DNA of 64,000 nt from positions 221 to 64,220 of the forward strand of contig VGKQ01000002.1 in NCBI GenBank assembly GCA_016866995.1. Reading direction: 5' to 3'. Positions 52,769 through 61,202 of the stretch are shown piece by piece; position 1 is the first letter of the stretch; the number at the start of each line of letters is the position of its first letter. Origin of the DNA: Candidatus Pacearchaeota archaeon. Its GTDB lineage: Archaea > Nanobdellota > Nanobdellia > Pacearchaeales > GW2011-AR1. The notes below the pieces were generated by a model. That model did not search any database and had not been told where the DNA came from. It worked only from the letters and a program-made list of their open reading frames with translations. The position numbers were made by a program, and so were the translations under genes.

Positions 52769-52966
52769 ATTATTATTCCTGTAAGATGTTTTTCATGTGG
52801 AAAGCCGCTTGCTCATTTATGGAGCGATTACAAGAAGCGGGTAGCAGATGGAGAAGAGCCCAAAAAAGTTTTAGATGAGCTTGGACTTGAAAGATACTGC
52901 TGCCGTGCATTATTTCTAAGCCATGTTGATTTGATTGAAGAAGTTTCCAAGTTCAAGAAATCTTAA
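52769..52966 (+). CDS. rpoN: RNA polymerase subunit N (Rpo10), apparently initiating at ATT
   Basis: Frame gives (I)IIPVRCFSCGKPLAHLWSDYKKRV...LERYCCRALFLSHVDLIEEVSKFKKS. An in-frame TAG at 52757-59 leaves no ATG/GTG/TTG before the conserved IIPVRCF. Not in the ORF track. Confidence 0.75.
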   Translation: MIIPVRCFSCGKPLAHLWSDYKKRVADGEEPKKVLDELGLERYCCRALFLSHVDLIEEVSKFKKS

Positions 52967-53088
52967 TTTTCTATAATTAATTCTCAATTAATTAGCTAAT
53001 CTTAATCTTGTTCAATATTATTAAATTAATTAAATAATATATAATAAAACAATTAAAAGATTAAAGTTACAGCTGATAACAGAAAAAG

Positions 53089-53337
53089 TTATTCAATCTT
53101 CCACCTCATCAAACTTCCACAATCCTCGCATTTTACTTTCTTGATTTTATTTTTTACACTTAAAACTCTCAAGTTCATCGAGAAACACTTTTTGCAGAAT
53201 TTTTTTCTTTTTTCTCTTAGTTTGATTTGATGTGACATTGCAAGTTTCTTTATTTTCCTCACTTTTTCTTTTTCATGCTTTTCTTTGAAAAAATTCTCAA
53301 TTTTTTCAATTGCTTCTGTTTTGTTTATTTGTTTCAT
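53089..53337 (-). CDS. rnp4: RNase P protein component 4 (Rpp21/Rpr2-like)
   Basis: Basic helical N-terminus plus zinc ribbon FCKKC...CEDCG. Confidence 0.6.
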   Translation of the reverse strand: MKQINKTEAIEKIENFFKEKHEKEKVRKIKKLAMSHQIKLREKRKKFCKKCFSMNLRVLSVKNKIKKVKCEDCGSLMRWKIE

Positions 53338-53380
53338 AATAAAACAAAAATAATCATTAATTTAAATCTTTAGAAATTAG

Positions 53381-53491
53381 GTGACAGCTTTCCAGTTTCC
53401 CCTCTGTTGGGAGAGTACTGCTGGAAACGTAACCAGCTTAACTTCTGAGTTCGGAACGGGATCAGGTGTGCCTGATTACTATGGCCGTCTG
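53381..53491 (-). rRNA. rrf: 5S ribosomal RNA (unlinked to 16S/23S)
   Basis: Minus strand reads GACGGCCATAGTAATCAGGCACACCTGATCCCGTTCCGAACTCAGAAGTTAAGC...GGGAAACTGGAAAGCTGTC. The termini pair (GACGGC/GCTGTC). Confidence 0.85.
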
Positions 53492-53542
53492 AAATTAGGC
53501 ATTAAATAAGGTTTATAAAACTTATGTTTCTTTCTTATGTAA

Positions 53543-53640
53543 GCGGGAGTGCCGGAGCGGTCAAACGGGAGGCGCTCAAGATTTATAATAAGAAACGCCT
53601 TGGCTTAGTGCCTGCAGAGGTTCGATTCCTCTCTCCCGCA
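53543..53640 (+). tRNA. tRNA-Leu(CAA) with a 14-nt intron at the canonical 37/38 position
   Basis: Acceptor GCGGGAG/CTCCCGC+A73, anticodon stem AGGCG/CGCCT, loop CTCAAG[intron]A, long variable arm, T-arm AGAGG-TTCGATT-CCTCT. Confidence 0.85.
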
Positions 53641-53659
53641 TCTACAAACTCCGCAGCCA

Positions 53660-53713
53660 AGAAAATCTCAGAATGATTTTCTGGGTGTTCAGAAATCCAT
53701 AAAAGATTTCTGA
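53660..53713 (+). repeat. double-hairpin miniature element (copy B) inserted in the tRNA-Leu trailer
   Basis: AGAAAATC-tcagaat-GATTTTCT ggg tgt TCAGAAATC-cataaaa-GATTTCTGA. Confidence 0.75.
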
Positions 53714-53815
53714 CAAGAGGAGCTTCACAGCATCAGCGAGAAAGCCCGCATCAATAGAGTTTAGTAGAAATAAAAAAACAAAATAATTTAAATAACCAAA
53801 ATAATACATAATAAC

Positions 53816-54328
53816 ATGTTAGTATTCAGAAAAAAAATAACATCTCAGAAATTCAAGAGAAAAGCAAGAAGAACTCTTTCAAGTAAATTTTCAAAAGAAA
53901 AAAGAAATTATGTTGCAGACACATCTGCAATAATAAACAAGTTTGTTTCAGCCATGATAAAAAAAGGAATTTCAGGAAAAATAATTATTCCAAATGCAGT
54001 AATGGCAGAGCTTGAAAATCTTGCCAACAAAGGCAGAGAAGAAGGTTTTCTTGGATTAGAAGAAATATCTAGTTTTCATAAACTTAAACACAAATTTCCA
54101 ATTAAAATTTTCTTTGAAGGCACCCGTCCAAGCGAAATGCAGATTAAGTATGCTAGAGGCGGAGAAATAGATGCTTTAATTCGCGAGATAGCAAGAAAAA
54201 ACAAGGCAATTTTAATAACAGCTGATCTGGTTCAGGCAAAAACAGCCCAGGCATATAATCTTCAAGTCTTGTTTCTAAAGCCAAAACACAAACAAGTAAA
54301 AAAAAGATTTTGGTTCTGGAGAAAATAA
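53816..54328 (+). CDS. PIN-domain protein
   Basis: YVADTSAIINKF..., IIPNAVMAELENL, GEIDALIREIARKNKAILITADLVQ. Confidence 0.6.
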   Translation: MLVFRKKITSQKFKRKARRTLSSKFSKEKRNYVADTSAIINKFVSAMIKKGISGKIIIPNAVMAELENLANKGREEGFLGLEEISSFHKLKHKFPIKIFFEGTRPSEMQIKYARGGEIDALIREIARKNKAILITADLVQAKTAQAYNLQVLFLKPKHKQVKKRFWFWRK

Positions 54329-54525
54329 TCAAACTGCTAATAATAACTAACAACTAATAATATCGCTCTCAACTTTTAATTAATCATTATATCCTGCAGA
54401 TTACTAGAATAAACCAAGGAAACAAATTTTATTATTATTTACTCGAGAATTAAATTGTTAATTAAATTAATCGCAATGAAAACTCTATTAATCAATATCA
54501 CCATAATTAAGTTAAACATTATAAA

Positions 54526-54670
54526 TTAAGTTAAAAAATAAACATGAATTAATTATAAATTAAATAATGTGCCTATAATGTCAGAAAAATTAAGTTAAAA
54601 AATAAACATGAATTAATTATAAATTAAATAATGTGCCTATAATGTCAGAAAAATTAAGTTAAAAAATATA
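54526..54670 (+). repeat. 64-bp tandem direct repeat, about 2.2 copies
   Basis: ttaagttaaaaaataaacatgaattaattataaattaaataatgtgcctataatgtcagaaaaa repeated at 54526 and 54590, with a partial copy at 54654. Confidence 0.9.
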
Positions 54671-54886
54671 TAAATTGGTGTATTAAACTTATTAACAGAG
54701 GTTTATATTTAACTTGAAGCTTGCTGAAAAAGTCTTCACTTTTGTGTTTTAACTTTTATATTATAAAGTGAAAACTTTTTGTGTGGAGGTTCACTAATGT
54801 TTTTAGGATTATTAACAAAATTATATTTATTTCTCATTAATTCGTATTACAAACTCTTATATATATTAATTTTTTAAGATTATCAT

Positions 54887-54960
54887 GCCCTCGTGGCGCA
54901 ATCGGATAGCGCAGGAGCATCCTAAGCTCAAGGTTACAGGTTCAAATCCTGTCGAGGGCG
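54887..54960 (+). tRNA. tRNA-Arg(CCT), intron-less
   Basis: Acceptor GCCCTCG/CGAGGGC, loop ATCCTAA, T-arm ACAGG-TTCAAAT-CCTGT. Confidence 0.8.
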
Positions 54961-55043
54961 TCAAATCCTTTCAGGTGCATTTTAACTTTCAGGTGCATTT
55001 TAAAAATGCTAAAATTTATAAATTCATCAATACTACAAAAATC

Positions 55044-55202
55044 ATGGGAAACAAATCGCTTATAGGTGAATTTTGGGATTATTTTAAAGTCAGAAAAAAA
55101 TGGTGGCTCATATTCATAATAATCTTAATAGCTTTAATAGGAGTTTTAATAATTATAAGCCAAAGCAGTGTTCTTTCCCCCTTTATATACTCTTTATGGT
55201 AA
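55044..55202 (+). CDS. DUF5989-like tiny membrane protein
   Basis: MGNKSLIGEFWDYFKVRKKWWLIFIIILIALIGVLIIISQSSVLSPFIYSLW. Start trimmed because the track ORF overlaps tRNA-Arg. Confidence 0.6.
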   Translation: MGNKSLIGEFWDYFKVRKKWWLIFIIILIALIGVLIIISQSSVLSPFIYSLW

Positions 55203-55288
55203 ATTTAATCTTATAAAATTTTAATGGAGGATATAACAATTATATTATAGCATAGTAGAATATTTATACCCTTAGAAGATAAAATATT

Positions 55289-55492
55289 ATGAAATTTGAA
55301 AAATCAAATAAAAGCAAAAAAATAGCACAAAAGCTCGGATATTTATTCAGCTACTTAATTTTCACAACAATATTGTTCATAATTCTCAAGCTTCTAAACA
55401 AGCTTCCTGATTCCTGGACTTATATTGACATAGCAATTATTACAATTCTTATAGTCATCTTAGGAAACATACTTAAAAAAATATTAAAATAA
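55289..55492 (+). CDS. small membrane protein
   Basis: 67 aa with 2 TM segments. Confidence 0.45.
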   Translation: MKFEKSNKSKKIAQKLGYLFSYLIFTTILFIILKLLNKLPDSWTYIDIAIITILIVILGNILKKILK

Positions 55493-55504
55493 AAAACTAA
55501 AAAA

Positions 55505-55744
55505 ATGAACCAATTTTATGCGGGATTTAAAAATGGAATGAAAAATTTCGGGACAACAATAAGCATAATTGTAAATTCAATTCTCTTGCTTCTTGTTTAT
55601 TTGATAGGGGTTGGATTAACTTTTTTATTTTCAAAAATATTCAGAAAAAAATTTCTTGAGACAAAGCCAGAAAATGTCAAGACTTACTGGAAAGACTTGA
55701 ACTTAAAAAATCAGAAAAAGGAGGAATGCTACAGGCAGTTTTAA
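55505..55744 (+). CDS. small membrane protein (possibly SxtJ-like)
   Basis: 79 aa with 1-2 TM segments, immediately upstream of the carbamoyltransferase. Confidence 0.45.
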   Translation: MNQFYAGFKNGMKNFGTTISIIVNSILLLLVYLIGVGLTFLFSKIFRKKFLETKPENVKTYWKDLNLKNQKKEECYRQF

Positions 55745-55745
55745 A

Positions 55746-57500
55746 ATGTATATTCTCGGAATAAGCTGTTATTATCATGATGCCTCAGCAGCATTGTTAA
55801 AAGACGGCAAGATTGTGGCAGCAGCACAGGAAGAAAGATTTACAAGAAAAAAGCACGACATAAATTTCCCAATAAATTCAATAAAATATCTTCTTGAAAG
55901 CCAGAAAATAACAATAAAAGACATAGATTATGTTGGCTTTTATGAAAAGCCATTCCTCAAATTTGAAAGAGTCTTGTTTCAGCACATTTCTTCATTTCCA
56001 TCAAGTCTCAAAACATTTATTTCTTCAACTCCTTCATGGGTTAATGAGAGATTAAGAATTATAAAAATTTTGAAAAAAGAAATAAAATATAAAGGAGATG
56101 TTCTTTTTATCCCTCACCATCTTGCCCATGCTGCAAATTTCTTTATTTCTCCATTTAAGCAAGCAGCAATTCTCACAGTAGATGGTGTTGGAGAGTGGAC
56201 AACAACAGCTTACGGAAAAGGAAAGGAAAATAAAATAGAATTAATGAAAGAAATAAAATTTCCAAGCTCTCTTGGCTTGCTATATTCAACAATAACCGCT
56301 TATCTTGGCTTTACAGTCAATAATTCCGAGTATAAAGTTATGGGGCTTTCTCCATATGGAAATATGAGCAAGACAAATCCTTACTATGAGAAAATAAAAA
56401 AAATTATTGATATCAAGGAAGATGGAAGTTTCAGAATGGATATGTCTTATTTCAAATATCATTATTCTGACAGAATGCCTTCACAAAAATTATGCATGCT
56501 TCTGGATGGAAGAGTTAGAAAGCCCGAATCTGAAATTACTCAAAGGCATAAGGATATTGCTGCTGCCCTTCAGATGATAACAGAAGAAATTCTTACAAAA
56601 ATTCTTATTCATATTAGAAAAGAAACAAAACAAAAAAATATTGTTCTTGGCGGCGGAGTTGCTTTGAATAGTGTATATAATGGAAAAATTCTCAAAAATA
56701 CAGGATTTAAGAATGTCTGGTCTCAGCCAGACCCTGGAGACGGAGGAACAAGCATTGGCGTGGCTTCTTATATTTATCATGCTGTTTTCAACAAAAAAAG
56801 AAATTTTGTCTTGACAGATGCTTATCTTGGCCCGGGCTATTCAGAAGAAGAAATAAAAAAATTTCTTGACACAAATAATATCAAATATTCTAGATTTAAA
56901 GATGATAAAGAGCTTGTGAAAACATGTGTTGACTTGATTTTGAATAATAATGTTATTGGCTGGTTTCACGGAAGAATGGAATGGGGCCCGAGAGCCCTGG
57001 GAAACAGGAGCATTCTGTCTAATCCATGCAATCCTGAAATGAAGGAAATTCTTAATCTAAAAGTCAAGCACAGGGAAAAATTCCGCCCATTTGCTCCTGT
57101 TGTCTGCATAGACGACGCATTAAAATATTTTGATTGTGACAAGCCAATTCCGCTTCCAACAGACTTTATGCTTCTAGTATATCCAATAAAAAAGAGATTT
57201 CATAAAATGATTCCGTCTGTAACTCATGTTGACGGCTCAGGAAGATTGCAGACAATAAGAAAATTCCAGAATCCGCTTTACTATTCACTAATAAAAGAAT
57301 TTGGAAAATTGTCAAGAGTTCCAATATTAATAAACACTTCTTTTAATATAAGAGGCGAGCCGATTGTCTGCTCTCCTTATGATGCTTATAAATGCATGAT
57401 GGGAACAGGCATAGATTACTTGATAATAGATAAGTTTTTAATAAAAAGAAGCGATAATCTTGGAGATGAGTGGGACAGTGAAAAATACGCAAAAGACTAA
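55746..57500 (+). CDS. NodU/CmcH-family carbamoyltransferase
   Basis: MYILGISCYYHDASAALLKDGKIVAAAQEERFTRKKHD plus the C-terminal carbamoyltransferase region (WGPRALGNRSIL, FRPFAP, NTSFN). Confidence 0.9.
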   Translation: MYILGISCYYHDASAALLKDGKIVAAAQEERFTRKKHDINFPINSIKYLLESQKITIKDIDYVGFYEKPFLKFERVLFQHISSFPSSLKTFISSTPSWVNERLRIIKILKKEIKYKGDVLFIPHHLAHAANFFISPFKQAAILTVDGVGEWTTTAYGKGKENKIELMKEIKFPSSLGLLYSTITAYLGFTVNNSEYKVMGLSPYGNMSKTNPYYEKIKKIIDIKEDGSFRMDMSYFKYHYSDRMPSQKLCMLLDGRVRKPESEITQRHKDIAAALQMITEEILTKILIHIRKETKQKNIVLGGGVALNSVYNGKILKNTGFKNVWSQPDPGDGGTSIGVASYIYHAVFNKKRNFVLTDAYLGPGYSEEEIKKFLDTNNIKYSRFKDDKELVKTCVDLILNNNVIGWFHGRMEWGPRALGNRSILSNPCNPEMKEILNLKVKHREKFRPFAPVVCIDDALKYFDCDKPIPLPTDFMLLVYPIKKRFHKMIPSVTHVDGSGRLQTIRKFQNPLYYSLIKEFGKLSRVPILINTSFNIRGEPIVCSPYDAYKCMMGTGIDYLIIDKFLIKRSDNLGDEWDSEKYAKD

Positions 57501-58413
57501 AAGCAAGTTGTTCTCGGTAATTGTTTTTTTAATTATTCTTCTTATTTTATTTCTTATTCTTGAGCTGATTGCAAGATTAGTTGTAGGAAACAGGCTTATT
57601 GTAAAAGTAGAGCCAGATGGCTTGTTTCAGTTCAAGCCAAATCAGTATGGATGGTATAGTTATATGCTTCGAATTCCTCATGCAAGAATAAATAATATTG
57701 GAGCAAGAGGAGAAGATATAAATCTTTCCACAATCAATGAAACAAGAAAATTTATTTTTCTCGGAGACTCTTTCACTTTTGGCTGGGAAAGAAAAGAAAA
57801 TGAAACAATTCCAAGCTATTTTCAGAAAGAATTTTCAGATTCTGTTTCAATAAATTACGGAAATGGCGGGTTTGGCATTGAGCACATGATTTCAAGTTAT
57901 AATTTTCATAAAAATTTATTTAATTCAGGAACAGTAATAATGATTATTATTGAAGACGATTTCTACCGCCATCTTGTTCCTTATTCTGGCTCATTTTTAA
58001 AAGAGACATTCTGGAAAATAAAGGAAAAATCTTCAGCAATTGCCTGGATTTGGGCAGCTGTTACAGGAACAATAGACCAAATCAAGAATAAAAACAGAAG
58101 CAATCCTCATGGTTTGGATGTCTTCAACACAAGCGGAGAAATGCTTGTGAAATTTAATCAGCAAGTTAAGAATGAAAACAAGACGCTTCTTCTTGTATTT
58201 TATGAGTATAATGATACAAATTACTCAAATTATGCAGGAAATTTCTGCCAAAGAAATGGATTGCGTTGCATCACAGATGTCCCGTATTCAATGCACCTTG
58301 TTTCAGAATCAGGCTATCCTGTCTTCTCAGAAGACAAGGGGCATCCTTCTGAATACGCAAATGAGGCAGTTGCGCAAAGAATAACAAAATATGTTTATAA
58401 CTTGGGTAATTAA
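57460..58413 (+). CDS. SGNH/GDSL-like hydrolase with N-terminal TM anchor
   Basis: FIFLGDSFTFGW block. The start is uncertain. Confidence 0.55.
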   Translation: MEMSGTVKNTQKTKSKLFSVIVFLIILLILFLILELIARLVVGNRLIVKVEPDGLFQFKPNQYGWYSYMLRIPHARINNIGARGEDINLSTINETRKFIFLGDSFTFGWERKENETIPSYFQKEFSDSVSINYGNGGFGIEHMISSYNFHKNLFNSGTVIMIIIEDDFYRHLVPYSGSFLKETFWKIKEKSSAIAWIWAAVTGTIDQIKNKNRSNPHGLDVFNTSGEMLVKFNQQVKNENKTLLLVFYEYNDTNYSNYAGNFCQRNGLRCITDVPYSMHLVSESGYPVFSEDKGHPSEYANEAVAQRITKYVYNLGN

Positions 58414-58531
58414 TACATATAAAAAATAAAAATTAAATTTAGATTAATGTTATATTTAATAAATTCAATTATATGCAAGAAGATATTTTGGTGCTAATTT
58501 TAGATAAACTTAATTAAAATAATTTTTTGAT

Positions 58532-59653
58532 TTATTTATAACTTCTGTCGCTGAAATTTTTCAGAACAGGCAGAATTTTTGTTATCATGCAGAACTTTTT
58601 GTAGCTTTCACTGTTTTGATTTCCACATCTTGCACAGAGAGTATTTCTTTTTCCTTTTACACAATTTTTTCTGAAATTTCTTGCTGTCTTGCTGTTCCAT
58701 AATTCATTGAAATTTCCATTAAAAAGATTGCCATAGCTTATTTGCCCATCCCAAAAATGGCAGCATGGCAGAATTTCCCCATCCCAAGTTATAAAGCAAG
58801 TTGTCCATGGTGAATAGCAAGGTGCATTGTCCCATGTTCCAGATGCTTCAGTCATTCCTCCTGTTTTTTTTATTTTCTCAAGTTCAGCCAGAATTTTTTT
58901 ATTTTTTAATTTTTTTGCCTTCTTAATTGCTTCATTTATATGTTTTCTTATATTTTCTTTGCTCATTCCTTTTAGTGAGATATCCATATCTTCCTTGTCT
59001 CTTCTTATAACCAAGGGAAGAATCTGAATTTCTATGCCTAATCTGTCTACAAGCTCAGTCATTTTTGCAAGCTCAGAAATATTATCTTTCATTAGTGTAA
59101 AATAAATTATTATTTTTGGCTTTCTTGAACTCATTTCTTTTTTTAATTTTATTAAATCTTTTATATTTTCAAGGACAAGCTCAAATCTGCTTCCTCTTCT
59201 TATTTTTTCATAAGTTTTTTTTGTTGCCCCGTCAAATGAAATATAAATTTCATCTAATCCTACCAGTATTAATTTTCTTGACATTTCCTTGTTCAGCAAA
59301 ACAGCATTTGTCACAAGATATTTATTTATTTTCTTATTTCTTGTGCCGACATATCTTACAATTTTAGCTATTTCAGGATTTATTAATGGCTCCCCATATC
59401 CTGCAAAATTAATCAATTCAATTGATTTCAAGTCAAGCTTGTCAAATAGTTTTTTAAAATCTTCAAATTTAATAATCCCCTTTCCTCGTTTCATATATTC
59501 AGAAAATATACAGTGTTTGCATCTCAGGTTGCAAGTTCCAGAACACTCAATTGTAATATCAAAAGGATATTTTGCTGCTGGCTTTGACCTGTAAACATCC
59601 AGCGTTTTTGGCAGTTTTTTTATGCTTCTCAAATATTTTCTTATTTTGTTCAT
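58532..59653 (-). CDS. radical SAM protein with C-terminal SPASM-like Cys cluster
   Basis: CNLRCKHC (CxxxCxxC) plus CYSPW...LPCCHF...CARCG. Confidence 0.85.
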   Translation of the reverse strand: MNKIRKYLRSIKKLPKTLDVYRSKPAAKYPFDITIECSGTCNLRCKHCIFSEYMKRGKGIIKFEDFKKLFDKLDLKSIELINFAGYGEPLINPEIAKIVRYVGTRNKKINKYLVTNAVLLNKEMSRKLILVGLDEIYISFDGATKKTYEKIRRGSRFELVLENIKDLIKLKKEMSSRKPKIIIYFTLMKDNISELAKMTELVDRLGIEIQILPLVIRRDKEDMDISLKGMSKENIRKHINEAIKKAKKLKNKKILAELEKIKKTGGMTEASGTWDNAPCYSPWTTCFITWDGEILPCCHFWDGQISYGNLFNGNFNELWNSKTARNFRKNCVKGKRNTLCARCGNQNSESYKKFCMITKILPVLKNFSDRSYK

Positions 59654-59763
59654 CTTACATTTCTTGAGAACTTTATTTTCAAGCTTATCTATAAAGCCCG
59701 GGCTTAAAAAGTTTTGCTTTATATAGCAAAACTTTAAAACACCACAATTTTAGGATATATTAG

Positions 59764-59846
59764 GCGCTGGTAGCATAGTGGTTAGTGTGTCTGCCTTCCA
59801 TATTTGAAGCAAGCAGACGACCCGGGTTCGAGTCCCGGCCGGCGCA
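59764..59846 (+). tRNA. tRNA-Gly(TCC) with an 11-nt intron at 37/38
   Basis: Acceptor GCGCTGG/CCGGCGC, anticodon stem TCTGC/GCAGA, loop CTTCCA[tatttgaagca]A, T-arm CCGGG-TTCGAGT-CCCGG. Confidence 0.85.
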
Positions 59847-59948
59847 TCTTTGTTTTCCGCAGCCAAGGAGCACCGCAATCAGATGAGGATGCCCGCAGCA
59901 AGAGAAAATCAAAGATAGTCAAATGCGTTGGAGGCGCATATAAATAAA

Positions 59949-61082
59949 ATGACAGAACAATCTTGGTATAATAAATGGTACAAAATCCTACTTTTCCCTC
60001 CAATTATAATCTTATTTTTATGTTTAATTTATCTTGGATTTTTTTACTCGCAGCATAATGATATAATGTTAAGGGATATTTCATTAACAGGCGGGACAAC
60101 AATCACCTTAACCCAAGAGGTTCCTGCGGATTTTGAACAATCTTTAAAGCAGGAATTCTCAGATGTAAATTTCAGAAAACTCACCGAGTTAAATTCAGGA
60201 AAGCAGATTGCCATAATTATTGAAAGTTCTTTGCCATCAGAACAGCTTAAAGAAGGCATAGAAAAAATTCTTGGATATAGTCTCACAGATGAGAATTCAA
60301 GCATTGAATATACAGGCTCTTCTCTTGGAAAAGGATTTTACATAGAACTGGCTAAAACAGTTCTGCTTGCTTTTATTTTAATGGCTCTTGTCATTTTCTT
60401 GATTTTTGGAGAATCAAATAGATTAAAAGCAATTTCTGCTGCATTATCACTTATAGCAATAAAATTAACTTTTCCAGCAAGCTTGTTGGTAAGTGTTCTT
60501 GTAGTTGTTATTGGAATATCTGCTCTTGTGTATAGTATTATAAAATCAAAAAATAAAAAACAATATTTATACCCTTGCATTGTTTTTCTCATACTAATTA
60601 TTTCTTTTATTTTCCCAGTTTATTATTTCATTTTTCCTATTGCAATATTAATTTTTGTAACATATTTATTCCAAAGCATTCCAAGCATAGCAGTTATTTT
60701 TGCTGCGTTTTGTGATATTATAATAGCCCTTGTTTTTATTGATATTATAGGATTAAAGCTTTCTGCAGCAGGAATTGCCGCTTTTCTTATGTTAATAGGC
60801 TATTCAGTTGATACAGACATCCTTCTTACAACAAGGGCATTGAGGAAAAGAGAATCAAGTTTAAACCAGAGAATTTACGGAGCTTTTAAAACAGGAATAT
60901 TAATGACTCTTACTGCTCTTGCTGCTGTTCTTCCAGCTTTTTTTCTTGTTACAGGACTGCCAGAGTCATTCAGGCAGATATTTTTGATTCTTGCTATTGG
61001 TTTGTTTGCAGATATATTCAGCACATGGCTGACAAATGCTTCAATAATTAAATGGTATTGCGACAAAAAAGGAATTACTTAA
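59949..61082 (+). CDS. secF: protein-export membrane protein SecF
   Basis: LRDISLTGGTTITL plus a 6-TM C-terminal domain. Start trimmed to MTEQSWYNKWYK. Confidence 0.75.
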   Translation: MTEQSWYNKWYKILLFPPIIILFLCLIYLGFFYSQHNDIMLRDISLTGGTTITLTQEVPADFEQSLKQEFSDVNFRKLTELNSGKQIAIIIESSLPSEQLKEGIEKILGYSLTDENSSIEYTGSSLGKGFYIELAKTVLLAFILMALVIFLIFGESNRLKAISAALSLIAIKLTFPASLLVSVLVVVIGISALVYSIIKSKNKKQYLYPCIVFLILIISFIFPVYYFIFPIAILIFVTYLFQSIPSIAVIFAAFCDIIIALVFIDIIGLKLSAAGIAAFLMLIGYSVDTDILLTTRALRKRESSLNQRIYGAFKTGILMTLTALAAVLPAFFLVTGLPESFRQIFLILAIGLFADIFSTWLTNASIIKWYCDKKGIT

Positions 61083-61202
61083 AATGAAATTATATTTCGC
61101 AAGGACAATAAAATGTTAATAAAAAACAAACAAATTCAAAAATTAAATTTTAGAGGGGCAATCTATCAGCCAGCAAGTTAATTGCGTCCTTGCCTAATTA
61201 AA

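Noticed and set aside
54526-54670. A possible CRISPR array or replication origin in the AT-rich region 54.33-54.89 kb.
   Set aside because: The repeats are directly tandem with no spacers, and no cas genes are present. There is no cdc6/orc1 gene and I could not recognise any ORB-like inverted repeats.
54885-55043. The N-terminal part of track ORF 54885..55202, and also ORFs 39075..39278, 39205..39420 and 59782..60003.
   Set aside because: They read straight through tRNA genes (Arg, Leu-type and Gly). Only the C-terminal DUF5989-like part from the ATG at 55044 is credible.
48826-59897. The recurring hexamer CCGCAG (48826, 53651, 59858, 59892), considered as an independent signal.
   Set aside because: From base composition I expect a few occurrences in this window by chance, so the count is not remarkable. 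Only the longer TCCGCAGCCAAG match is reported.
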